64,000 nucleotides of DNA from a virus. The stretch's first letter is position 1; each line of letters starts with the position of its first letter. Both the position numbers and the translations under genes were made by a program. Location of the stretch: IMG/VR virus record IMGVR_UViG_3300045988_180190; one strand, 5' to 3'. Below the pieces are notes generated by a model. It was not told the DNA's origin. It did not search any database and was given only the letters and a program-made list of their open reading frames with translations. Of the stretch, positions 8,962 through 18,340 are shown in pieces.

Positions 8962-10893
8962 TTATGATAATTTTTCTACAAGATTTATATTCTCCTTAGG
9001 AAGTATTACAGACAATGATCGAGCCCCAGCGCCATATAGTTGTAATTTATAATCTATCTCTTGTGGATCGAACGTAGTTAATTGCTGCTTTGTAGTAGTG
9101 CCTGTAAGCTGTACGCCCTTTGCATCCAAGTATGTTCCAGCACTGCCCAACATTAATGTAGACTGCATGCTTATATTTTGTACGCCAGTCGCTCCCATAG
9201 AAATCATTATATCAGAAATATATGCGTCTGAATAGCTAAGAGGGAATACTAAACTATTCATTAACTCATAAATCTTCTCAATTGCCGCCTGACGATCAAA
9301 AAATTTATTTGTTTCCTTCGTGTAGTTAACTGTAAAGTTTTGCACAAAGTAATAGTAACAGGATTTCACCTCTGTAGATATCGCTGGGTCACAGGCTGGA
9401 CTTGCCACAAAAGTAGCTAAAGATTCTACTATTGGATCATACTGATAGTCATACCGCATCCAGATGTAGCTGTCTACTGTACCATCTTCGTTTTGCTCCT
9501 CAGTGACATAATCAGTAAGATCCATTTGTTTAAAGCTACTCGGGAACGTAAACTGTGTCCCTCCTTGCGTTGGAGAGAAATTAAATGCGGTATAAAAATT
9601 TTTATCTGAGAAATTATAGAATTGATAAGGTATGTCATCGGAAAGTGGAGGTGCAGAGCTACCTTCCGAGTAATCGGCTGTGGGTGGGAATGTAGAATTA
9701 TAGCTTTTACGCACAATCGCTGGATTAAGTTGCACACTAAGAGTGGCTGCGTCTATTTCTGTAGAAGTGGAGAAAGCATCCTCCCCCTCTCCGGCAATAT
9801 TTAAGTTTAAACTACATACAGGATAGTGATTTAATCGAATAAAGGTTAAATCAGAAAGCGAAGGTGATTTATTTAATATACTCGGTTTTGTAGTGCCATA
9901 AAATCGATTAAATCCTGCATTGGGTGATACATAGCATTTAAAATACTCTGAGCACGTAGGTAGAGTTGACATCCCTCTCGCCCAGATATCAATAGCTGGA
10001 GAAAATGCGTATAAAGGATTATTTTCTGTCCTTACCATTTCAGCATCTCCCACTTTTGTAGGAGACACACCCGTAATCCCGGGGTATTTTTGCTCCACAA
10101 ACGATATAATATTATTTCTAGTAGCAAAATTTGCAGATGGCTGTATTTTTTGCGCAATTGTAATTAATTCAGCAAGAGTGGTGGGTGTTGTATAAGGGGC
10201 TATATCATAAGTCGCCACTACAGATTCTACGTCATCAAAAAAAGATAAATGCTCATTAATCCCAGCTTCATCACCTGCATTAACTTCTGCATTCGAAGGT
10301 CCGACTATCGGTATATCGACAAAATATAAATTTGGTTGAAAGTTATTTGAGGACTCCCCAACATTTACAGTATTGGATACAGACAAAAAGAAATAATTAC
10401 TGCTTGTATCAACGTATCCAGTATACCCATAAGGATAAATTTTAATGCTTGCATTTTTAGGAGTTGCATAATTAAAGATATAATTGTCGTTAAACTGCAA
10501 TAATTCACCTTTGTCCATTACATAGGGTTCCCTGCCAGTATTTCCAGGTCCATTGTAAATAAAGGATAAACGCGCAACACCCGTGGTATTTGCATCTACA
10601 AGGCTATCAACACCCAGTCCCCTTAGAAATTCAGTGACAAAACCACAGTCACAAACTACGCCATTAATAACATTTAATAAATCCATATCGGACAAAACAC
10701 ATTCTAGTGCTGTCTCGATCTGAGCCACAATCTTACCAAATCTTTCTATCAAGAATTTGCCCACTACGGAATTAGGGGAAAATCCGGTATCTGGAAATGA
10801 TTGAATTAATAAGATGCGCATTCTATCTTCACATTCTTGTAGCTTCGTGGGAGATAGAGTATCTGAGGAGGATATATAGTCGGTTAAATTCAT
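8962..10893 (-). CDS. hypothetical baseplate-position protein
   Basis: 643 aa counted from the ATG at 10893 (MNLTDYISS). The ORF-track start at 10926 overlaps the upstream gene. Confidence 0.6.
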   Translation of the reverse strand: MNLTDYISSSDTLSPTKLQECEDRMRILLIQSFPDTGFSPNSVVGKFLIERFGKIVAQIETALECVLSDMDLLNVINGVVCDCGFVTEFLRGLGVDSLVDANTTGVARLSFIYNGPGNTGREPYVMDKGELLQFNDNYIFNYATPKNASIKIYPYGYTGYVDTSSNYFFLSVSNTVNVGESSNNFQPNLYFVDIPIVGPSNAEVNAGDEAGINEHLSFFDDVESVVATYDIAPYTTPTTLAELITIAQKIQPSANFATRNNIISFVEQKYPGITGVSPTKVGDAEMVRTENNPLYAFSPAIDIWARGMSTLPTCSEYFKCYVSPNAGFNRFYGTTKPSILNKSPSLSDLTFIRLNHYPVCSLNLNIAGEGEDAFSTSTEIDAATLSVQLNPAIVRKSYNSTFPPTADYSEGSSAPPLSDDIPYQFYNFSDKNFYTAFNFSPTQGGTQFTFPSSFKQMDLTDYVTEEQNEDGTVDSYIWMRYDYQYDPIVESLATFVASPACDPAISTEVKSCYYYFVQNFTVNYTKETNKFFDRQAAIEKIYELMNSLVFPLSYSDAYISDIMISMGATGVQNISMQSTLMLGSAGTYLDAKGVQLTGTTTKQQLTTFDPQEIDYKLQLYGAGARSLSVILPKENINLVEKLS

Positions 10894-10897
10894 AAAT

Positions 10898-11458
10898 TTA
10901 AAATTCTGTTGATAGTTCAATTTCACCTATTACCGTTTGGTCGTCAAACGTGAATTGCAAAGTTAATATAGCTTTATCGTAGGAAAATTTATAAGGTGTT
11001 ACAACGATATTACTAATAGTATTTACGTAAGTAGTATTAGGTGTTACCGTTGAATCTATTGTATCTTGTTGTGAGGAAAAGTAGTTAGCAAGAGCATTAT
11101 TTAATGCTCCAATAGCTTGATTCTCAAAAAATTTAGTATCTGAACCTGCAAAATTACAAGTATGCGTAAGATAACTGGAATTCACTAATGCATAATTTAA
11201 GGTATCTTCCTGTAGGGTTGTGCCCTCATCCTCATTTAGAGGATTACTTCCCTGTCTCGTACCTATGTTTACCATGGAATCCTGAATAGTCGAGTCTTTT
11301 CCAGAATTTAAATTGTCGAAATCAAATGTTATATCTTCTGTCTTACCTGGTTCTACCGCACTAGCAAAATTTAATTTAACTCCCCTATTATATATTGGGG
11401 AGCTTGATTCTGCAGGGTTGGAAACATTACAAAGATACTTAAATTGTTGAGTTATCAT
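10898..11458 (-). CDS. hypothetical protein
   Basis: 186-aa ORF, tightly packed in the operon. Confidence 0.55.
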   Translation of the reverse strand: MITQQFKYLCNVSNPAESSSPIYNRGVKLNFASAVEPGKTEDITFDFDNLNSGKDSTIQDSMVNIGTRQGSNPLNEDEGTTLQEDTLNYALVNSSYLTHTCNFAGSDTKFFENQAIGALNNALANYFSSQQDTIDSTVTPNTTYVNTISNIVVTPYKFSYDKAILTLQFTFDDQTVIGEIELSTEF

Positions 11459-11463
11459 TACTG

Positions 11464-11790
11464 TCAGCTCTGGTTCATTTGGTTATTTAACATAGAAGTT
11501 GCTTGAAGTAAGTTGCTATTGTACAGTTTTTTATCAAGAGCAGAAGCATATAGCAATTTTCTTGAAGCATATCTGCTGATCGCATCTCGTTTTAGTGCAA
11601 AAGCAAATTGGTACTCTATCGCGTCTTTCGATTGTTCTGCCTCAGAGGCTTGGGACCTTAAGCTTCCCAATGTACTCATTATATTTCCATTATTTCCGGA
11701 TACGAGTTCACTGAATGACTTATAAGATTTTCCTTGTATAAAATCCGTTACATTGCTTATGGTTTTCGAAGCTAAGTCATTAATTGTCAT
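11464..11790 (-). CDS. hypothetical helical protein translationally coupled to the sigma factor gene
   Basis: 108 aa. 4-nt ATGA-type overlap with the 11787..12725 gene. Confidence 0.55.
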   Translation of the reverse strand: MTINDLASKTISNVTDFIQGKSYKSFSELVSGNNGNIMSTLGSLRSQASEAEQSKDAIEYQFAFALKRDAISRYASRKLLYASALDKKLYNSNLLQATSMLNNQMNQS

Positions 11791-12725
11791 GAGGCATATA
11801 CCTCCTCTAAAGTTTGTGACATTTGATTTAAATCCTTGGCAAAACGATTAGCTAATCGAGAAATTGTAGGCAGGGAAACGTTATATTTCTGAGAAATTTG
11901 TTGAGGGGATAATACTTTAGCACCCCCAAATCCAGTCAAGTGTTCGAATACTTTTTTTTGCTTATGGTCTAGGTCATTATAGACATATAACTGAGCTTCA
12001 TTTACAAAATCAGGTGCTTGTGCTGCGGTTTCATCCACAGCACCCTGAGATTCATCTTCAGCGTCTGCGGAAGTAAACATCTGATTTTCACTCACTTGTT
12101 TTACAGACTTATTGCGTATATCTACCAACTTTTTCAAAGATACCCCTGCGGCATCGGAAAGTTCAGTTAAGTCTGGATCTCTGCCATGCTTATCTATAAA
12201 TTCTTGCTCTGCCTGATTTATAGCTTGAGCTTCGTAAATGTATCTCTCTGGTATTTTTATAGGATTACGTAGGTCACGAGCAACTCGTGTCATTTTTCTT
12301 AATTGCGATGACACATATGTAGGAAGATTAACATTGTATCCGGGATCAAACTCTTTTATTGCCTTTGCGGCTATAAGTTTAGCTTTTGATTCAAGCAGGG
12401 GATCCCCTATAGCATTGTTAGACGCAAGTGAATAATTAATAGTATCTTTCAGGCTGTGTAAAACTTGAGATAACGCTTTTTTGTTTGGATTGGATTTATA
12501 AATCCGGTAAGCTTCCCCATAAGTTAATTTTGAATTATCGTTAACAAACGACTCAGGATCTTTATCCATGTAAGAAATAAAATCCATATTATCATTTAGG
12601 TCCTCATCGACCACTTTTATAGAGTCAAATGAGTCATTCTCTTTAGATTTTTTAGAATCCAAAGTAGGAAATGGTGATAATATGGACATGGTAGATTGCG
12701 GAGTATCTGTTGATAATTTAGTCAT
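11787..12725 (-). CDS. sigma-70 family RNA polymerase sigma factor
   Basis: 312 aa. Region 2-like FDPGYNVNLPTYVSSQLRKMTRVARDLRNPIKIPER. Region 3-like GRDPDLTELSDAAGVSLKKLVDI. Region 4 HTH-like KQKKVFEHLTGFGGAKVLSPQQISQKYNVSLPTISRLANRFAKDL. Confidence 0.75.
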   Translation of the reverse strand: MTKLSTDTPQSTMSILSPFPTLDSKKSKENDSFDSIKVVDEDLNDNMDFISYMDKDPESFVNDNSKLTYGEAYRIYKSNPNKKALSQVLHSLKDTINYSLASNNAIGDPLLESKAKLIAAKAIKEFDPGYNVNLPTYVSSQLRKMTRVARDLRNPIKIPERYIYEAQAINQAEQEFIDKHGRDPDLTELSDAAGVSLKKLVDIRNKSVKQVSENQMFTSADAEDESQGAVDETAAQAPDFVNEAQLYVYNDLDHKQKKVFEHLTGFGGAKVLSPQQISQKYNVSLPTISRLANRFAKDLNQMSQTLEEVYAS

Positions 12726-12786
12726 GAGTAATTTAACTGTATACTACACAATGCTACTAAATAGAAGTCAAGAAAAATATCAAGCC

Positions 12787-13017
12787 TTATCCCCCACAGC
12801 ACTTACGGGAAGAAGAAGACCATTTTCTACGATGAGTAACTGCGGGTTTTGATTTAAACGCCGCAGGAGACTTGGGCTTAGACATTAATGTTTTAGCTTC
12901 CACTGGGGTTGTTGTAGTGCCATTGTATATAGCTTCTCTTAAATCGAAAGGTACAAACGCACCGGTGGGAACATTAAAAACTACTTTTGGTGCATATTTT
13001 TGGTTTTTATTAGACAT
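12787..13017 (-). CDS. small basic hypothetical protein
   Basis: 76 aa. Lys/Ser/Arg-rich C-terminus ending in RKCCGG. 8-nt overlap with the upstream gene. Confidence 0.45.
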   Translation of the reverse strand: MSNKNQKYAPKVVFNVPTGAFVPFDLREAIYNGTTTTPVEAKTLMSKPKSPAAFKSKPAVTHRRKWSSSSRKCCGG

Positions 13018-13684
13018 GACTAGGATGTTTTAAAATTTCTTGAAGCTTTGCAACTATAATATTATTATATTTTCTTCTTATAGTAAACTTAGAACAAGAT
13101 TTACAAACTTTATCATTGCGGATTTCTGAAAAATATTTGGATAAAATATCAGACGCCTCTTTGGTTTTAATATTTATTTCAGGCGGGTAGTTTATTAGTC
13201 CAAGATTAATACAATTTACTAATATATTAAGTAAGTCTATAAATAGGTCTACCCTGTCTTTAGGATAAAAGTATGGTAACATTTTAAACAAAATCTTACG
13301 ATTTACATTACCCAAAACACAACTCGGACATACTCCTTGATCTGGATGAGTATTCAACCACTCTTTTTGCTCTTTGACTTTTAGTTCAGGTAGATCTTTT
13401 AAGATAATATGCCGCAATCCTTCTGAATAATTAACAAGTTCCTGCTCTGAAGATATCATTAACTTGAACATATCCTTATAAACAAGAGGCACTAACTCAG
13501 GGGGAATTGAATCTATTGGTTTGAGTACTACGGGATTACTTGAATCGATACGTAATCCCTTGCTAGATATAATTTTTTCCTTTAGAGCCTCATCGTCTAC
13601 CAAGATATTAAGTTCACCATTTACTATAACTACAGAAAAGTTTAAATCTTCTTTTGTTGATTTTAACTTAACACTTAGTTGCAT
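13010..13684 (-). CDS. hypothetical CxxC protein (paralog of 14149..14769)
   Basis: 224 aa. Motifs GVCPSCVLGNVNRKILF and KVCKSCSKFTIRRKYNNII. N-terminus is similar in pattern to the paralog. Confidence 0.6.
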   Translation of the reverse strand: MQLSVKLKSTKEDLNFSVVIVNGELNILVDDEALKEKIISSKGLRIDSSNPVVLKPIDSIPPELVPLVYKDMFKLMISSEQELVNYSEGLRHIILKDLPELKVKEQKEWLNTHPDQGVCPSCVLGNVNRKILFKMLPYFYPKDRVDLFIDLLNILVNCINLGLINYPPEINIKTKEASDILSKYFSEIRNDKVCKSCSKFTIRRKYNNIIVAKLQEILKHPSHV

Positions 13685-13685
13685 A

Positions 13686-14147
13686 CTATTCCCCTTGCCT
13701 TTGAATCCGTTCTACTATGTTAAAAATCAAGTGTACCAGAATTGGTTGAGAGGCCACAAATGCTATCAATACAGGAATATAAAGTATGTACCCAGTTAGT
13801 ATAAAGGCACATAGATTGACCCAAAAAACAATATGATAACATAAACAAAATCTACATGTTACCAATTCACCCCAAAAATTACCTAGCCTAGCCTGTGCCC
13901 AACCCTGAGTTGTGTCGCTCCCTTCCCAATCTTCCACACTCCAGGTTAATGGAGATCTCGCGGGATGAGATTCCCCCAAAAGCTCTACATCAGAGGGTGG
14001 CATCCAGAAAGTATTATCCATTTGCTTTATACCGATCCATTTTGCAAATGCACAAATTAATGTTGGCAAACTACTTTTAAACCAAGTAAATAATAATGAA
14101 GCAGATGCTAACAATGTTATAGCATAAAGAAATATTATATCCTTCAT
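13686..14147 (-). CDS. integral membrane protein (DUF1360-like pattern)
   Basis: 153 aa with several hydrophobic spans. The GELVTCRFCLCYHIVFW motif resembles the CxxC-in-membrane motif I recall for DUF1360. Confidence 0.5.
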   Translation of the reverse strand: MKDIIFLYAITLLASASLLFTWFKSSLPTLICAFAKWIGIKQMDNTFWMPPSDVELLGESHPARSPLTWSVEDWEGSDTTQGWAQARLGNFWGELVTCRFCLCYHIVFWVNLCAFILTGYILYIPVLIAFVASQPILVHLIFNIVERIQRQGE

Positions 14148-14148
14148 T

Positions 14149-14769
14149 TTAGACCTCCAATTTTTCTATTAAACTTAAATATTTACGTTTTATGCTATTT
14201 AAAGCACACGTTGTGCAACCCTTGCCACGCTTTGCATTTGCCTGTTCATCCAGCATCATTTTTGCTAAAGTTTTTGATTTCTCATAAAATAAATTATTAG
14301 ATATTTCTTCTGCACTTTCAATTTTTGCAAAATTTAAAATATCGAGAATTTTCCGTGCATAAGGCTCACCGTCTTTTGAGTTTAAAATAAATTCCCTGCA
14401 AATATCCGAGTAAATACGGTCTATTGCGAACTTTCTATCCAAGTTTAAAGTTTTTAATTCTTGTTTGGTTTTTAAGATTTCCGACAAATCAATTTTTTTT
14501 AATAAATCCGGAAGACAGCTTAAATTCGAATTATCAAATAACCATTCTGTTACTGTTAAAATAGCATTATTTAAGAGTTTGGGTAATATGGTATCAAACT
14601 TAAAATTAAATAACAGGTTGTTTTTTGATAAGTCTTCTAGCGTATACCATTTAGAATCTAAAGGCTTTTGGCTTTCGTTATCAAAAAGATAAATATTTAA
14701 TGTGTCTCCTTTAAATACAACCTCTGATGGATTTATTTCTTTGTTGTTTAAATATATTTGCAATTTCAT
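14149..14769 (-). CDS. hypothetical CxxC protein (paralog of 13010..13684)
   Basis: 206 aa counted from the ATG at 14769, which forms an ATGA overlap with the upstream stop. C-terminal KGCTTCALNSIKRKYLSLI. Confidence 0.6.
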   Translation of the reverse strand: MKLQIYLNNKEINPSEVVFKGDTLNIYLFDNESQKPLDSKWYTLEDLSKNNLLFNFKFDTILPKLLNNAILTVTEWLFDNSNLSCLPDLLKKIDLSEILKTKQELKTLNLDRKFAIDRIYSDICREFILNSKDGEPYARKILDILNFAKIESAEEISNNLFYEKSKTLAKMMLDEQANAKRGKGCTTCALNSIKRKYLSLIEKLEV

Positions 14770-15515
14770 TTTACAAACGGGGGTTCCGAGCAATAAGCTA
14801 TCCGTGATTGTAAATCCGACAGCAATTTACTCCTTTGTTCTATTTTAAGGTTAATTAAAAATAATAAAGTAAACAAAAGCAAGATTTTTTCCGACTTAGG
14901 AGCTTGTTTACTATTATTCAAAATCGGTATAAATGACAATAAGTCTAAAATTGTAGTATTTAACAAACACTGATGTATATCCCCGAACGCAAGTGCTATT
15001 TCCGCTATATCATTTGGGGAAATCTCCTGCCAATCCGTTGCAAGATTTCCAATGACATTCGATGTATCGTATACATACTTCAATTCTTTATCTTTTAACA
15101 AATCAGCCGTGTTTGATGCAATTGCAGATAACTGGCTGGTAAAGGTTAAAAGTTTTAACTGAGATATAAACTTTTTATATTTATTTTGAAAATATTCTGC
15201 AGTTTCCCTTGATATGGGTAACTTAATACATTGAAACGTATATGGAAGCAAAAGCTTTAGGGTAAAACATGAAAAATTTATTTTTCTCTTATTGTTGTCA
15301 AACAATATATTGATTATATTGTCCGGAAACAATGTCGTGACCAATTCTCTTTCAGTTTTTATATATGTGGGATATCCATCTGTAACAGCTTGAAATTTTT
15401 TCCAAATCTCTTCGATGTTTGTATTAGGAAAACTAATCATCAAAGACTCCGGTAAATTAACAGGTCGTAATTTTGCAATATAAGAAATAGGTGTAGGTAT
15501 TTTAAAGCTAAACAT
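14766..15515 (-). CDS. hypothetical protein
   Basis: 249 aa counted from the ATG at 15515 (MFSFKIPTP), directly after the upstream stop at 15517. The ORF-track start at 15581 overlaps the upstream gene. Confidence 0.55.
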   Translation of the reverse strand: MFSFKIPTPISYIAKLRPVNLPESLMISFPNTNIEEIWKKFQAVTDGYPTYIKTERELVTTLFPDNIINILFDNNKRKINFSCFTLKLLLPYTFQCIKLPISRETAEYFQNKYKKFISQLKLLTFTSQLSAIASNTADLLKDKELKYVYDTSNVIGNLATDWQEISPNDIAEIALAFGDIHQCLLNTTILDLLSFIPILNNSKQAPKSEKILLLFTLLFLINLKIEQRSKLLSDLQSRIAYCSEPPFVK

Positions 15516-15516
15516 T

Positions 15517-18333
15517 TTAAGAGTAATCTCCAGATATTTGATATTGTACATCGCACTGTCCCCCGCCATAATCCACACCACATTCTCCGGGCATGGTGGA
15601 GCCGTCGGGGAATGTTACTGTCATACCCCTAGTAATGGTTTTTGTAGTACTAAAGGTCAGACTTGGAATATTATTTTGAGCGGGCAATGTCCATGTTGAA
15701 GTATCACCTGCCGATCCGGTCTCCGCTCCGGACCAATTCGGTTCCAGGTCTTCGTTCAACACAGGGGTGGTTGTTTGTCCGTGATTATAAGTTAACGCAC
15801 GTTGGCTTTGTCCATTTAAGGTTATCATGGAATTTGAGTAATACACTGAACCTCCTGAAGTTGTACATCTTATGTATATTTGGGTGGTGTCGGGATTATA
15901 CCCAATTCCTGATAATCCCTGCTCGCAATAATCCGAACATGGCCTACTTCCCGTAAGAGTCCGTAAATTGTACGACTTAATGGGAAGACGCGTACCGGCG
16001 TCAACCCATTCCACCTGGGCGCAGGGGGTGTAACGAAAATCATATTCATTTTCCCACGTAATACGAATACCATCTTGAACAGGTCTTTTACCACTTACAA
16101 TAACGGTTTTGTAACTTAAGCCATATGGAACCGATTGGCCTCCGCCGCCTCCGCCGCCTCCTGGCTTATTGTTATTGCTTCCACCGGAACCTGTAAGATC
16201 GGTTATTTTATCATCTTCAAGATTAGGGTTACCCGTAATCGTACCGTCGTACCATTCGCTGGATGACAAAGCTTGCTGTAATTCTTCTTTCCATTTTCCA
16301 AGCAGAAACGGCACTCGTTTAGTCGCACCATAATCCCCGCCGGTATTTTCCGTATAACCTACACATTCTTCCGAATCTTGAAAAAACTCTTTAGCAGGTT
16401 CATAAAAAGAGTCTTGCTGAATTTGCAGTCGGCAATAATTGGAAGGCGTTACAGTCGTAACTGTGCAGGGCGTATAGGAATAAGATGGCTCACCCGCACC
16501 ACAAACACACCCTGCAATAGGATCATAGACGCACCCACGCGCCGGAATGGAAATTTCCCCGCAACAATCCGCTAACTCCGATGACGCTACGGTCGGTTGA
16601 CAGGTCTGTCCATTTGGGGCGTTGCACTGCGCTTGAATATCTAGAGTGGCTAAGTTTCTGGCGAAAACGATGCCCGCAAAATCATCATTATACATGCCTC
16701 CCGGATAAGAATATCCATTGCAAACGCTGACATTTGCTGACTCACAATTCATTAAAGCGTTTTTTACGGCAGGCTGTTTGATAAATTCGTCCGGAATATC
16801 CGTGTTAGGAAAAGTAGTGGGATCATCCATATCCACAACGCAAAAATATGCGGTTGATGAATCTTCATAATAAACATTACAGCCTGCAAAGTTTGGATCG
16901 TCGGGCACTTCGCTTTCCGGAAGTTCTTCCTTCAAAGCCTCCCAGCACTCTTGAATAGCGTCAAATAAAGCACCGCTAACGATTAGATTGTCACGCATTA
17001 CGGGAGAATTTAATAAAAACTGTGCATAAGAAGGGCGTATTACAACTAAAGTTTTTAAATCTCCCGAAGGATCAGTCCAATTAGGTATAGAAAACATGCT
17101 ATGCTTGGACCAGAGTTCGTCATCCTTCCAAATGACATCTCCTGATGGTGATGTATATGTATTGATATCCTCGCAACATATATCCGTTGCTTCCGCACTC
17201 TCCTGCCACAAGGAACACAAAGCCGGTTCCACAACTTTGTAAACGTCGCTATCAGAGTCGGGAGACAACGTAGCTAAAACATTATAGTGCCATTGAAACA
17301 CTTCGTTAAACGCCGCCAAGTCACGTTGAGACGGACCGAACGTTACCGTCATCGAGGTGTCAAATCTGTAAACGCAACAATCAAATACAATAGGACCGCT
17401 ATCAGGATCATCTGGATTAACGGCGGTTGTACAAAAAATATCTGATACGCAAGGTTGTCCATTAGTCTGGTTAATATTATTTTCTATTGAAGTTATATCT
17501 TTAAAAGCTTCCGCCAATTTTTTTTGGGCTTCATCAGTGGATCTTCCAAGCCGTGCAAATGCTGCAGCCGTAATAGCCGAAAGCGCGTTGCCAGAAGGTC
17601 TGCCGTTTGAATCTTTATCACGACTGAGACTAATTGAGTTGCCTCTCATTGGGAAGTTTTGATCATGCGTAGTTCCGGGCATTTTTACGGGAAACCAATA
17701 AGCAGGCAAATCATTGTAAAACGGCATATTACTAAAACTATTACCTGGATGAGATACTTCTGTCCAACTTCCTTGATCGTTTTCCTCCGTCAGCATCCAA
17801 AAACAATTTAAATCGGCATTACTTCTTATGGTCCGTCGCAAAACCTCATCCTTAGTATATGTTGTAAATGTTGTTTCGCCCGTTTCGCTATCTATGACCG
17901 CTTCCGGTTGTTGAATTGTGATCGTTGCGCATTGACACCCAGTATCCCCTGGAGTAAATGTGATTCCATTACAATAATATAAGATATTTTGTAAAGTCTC
18001 TCCCAAGGTGCCGCTTATTCGTACTGGTACAGTTCCCTCCCATGTGCTCCCCGGTGTGAATTGTAACGAAGATAAAGCCTCATCGGAAATGCCCAGAAAA
18101 GTTTCACCGGTGTCCACCTGACTTAACACATAAACCCTTCCCACACTGTCGGAAGCCATGGGGATGGTGATGGGATTAATTATCGTTTTCTTCCTGATAA
18201 CCTGAAACGCAGGGGAACGGTTTAAGACAGTAACTTGAGAAATCTCCCCTTCTTCTGGCAAGTTAACATCAGAGTTAAACAGCCCAATGTCCGTAATTCT
18301 TTGAATATAATCTTCCCAACTTATGCAAGCCAT
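15517..18333 (-). CDS. very large Cys-rich structural protein (tail/baseplate position)
   Basis: 938 aa counted from the ATG at 18333 (MACISWEDY), 8 nt after the upstream stop. Many Cys pairs, for example CCGEISIPARGCVYDPIAGCVCGAG. G8 run. Confidence 0.65.
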   Translation of the reverse strand: MACISWEDYIQRITDIGLFNSDVNLPEEGEISQVTVLNRSPAFQVIRKKTIINPITIPMASDSVGRVYVLSQVDTGETFLGISDEALSSLQFTPGSTWEGTVPVRISGTLGETLQNILYYCNGITFTPGDTGCQCATITIQQPEAVIDSETGETTFTTYTKDEVLRRTIRSNADLNCFWMLTEENDQGSWTEVSHPGNSFSNMPFYNDLPAYWFPVKMPGTTHDQNFPMRGNSISLSRDKDSNGRPSGNALSAITAAAFARLGRSTDEAQKKLAEAFKDITSIENNINQTNGQPCVSDIFCTTAVNPDDPDSGPIVFDCCVYRFDTSMTVTFGPSQRDLAAFNEVFQWHYNVLATLSPDSDSDVYKVVEPALCSLWQESAEATDICCEDINTYTSPSGDVIWKDDELWSKHSMFSIPNWTDPSGDLKTLVVIRPSYAQFLLNSPVMRDNLIVSGALFDAIQECWEALKEELPESEVPDDPNFAGCNVYYEDSSTAYFCVVDMDDPTTFPNTDIPDEFIKQPAVKNALMNCESANVSVCNGYSYPGGMYNDDFAGIVFARNLATLDIQAQCNAPNGQTCQPTVASSELADCCGEISIPARGCVYDPIAGCVCGAGEPSYSYTPCTVTTVTPSNYCRLQIQQDSFYEPAKEFFQDSEECVGYTENTGGDYGATKRVPFLLGKWKEELQQALSSSEWYDGTITGNPNLEDDKITDLTGSGGSNNNKPGGGGGGGGQSVPYGLSYKTVIVSGKRPVQDGIRITWENEYDFRYTPCAQVEWVDAGTRLPIKSYNLRTLTGSRPCSDYCEQGLSGIGYNPDTTQIYIRCTTSGGSVYYSNSMITLNGQSQRALTYNHGQTTTPVLNEDLEPNWSGAETGSAGDTSTWTLPAQNNIPSLTFSTTKTITRGMTVTFPDGSTMPGECGVDYGGGQCDVQYQISGDYS

Positions 18334-18340
18334 ATTCCAA

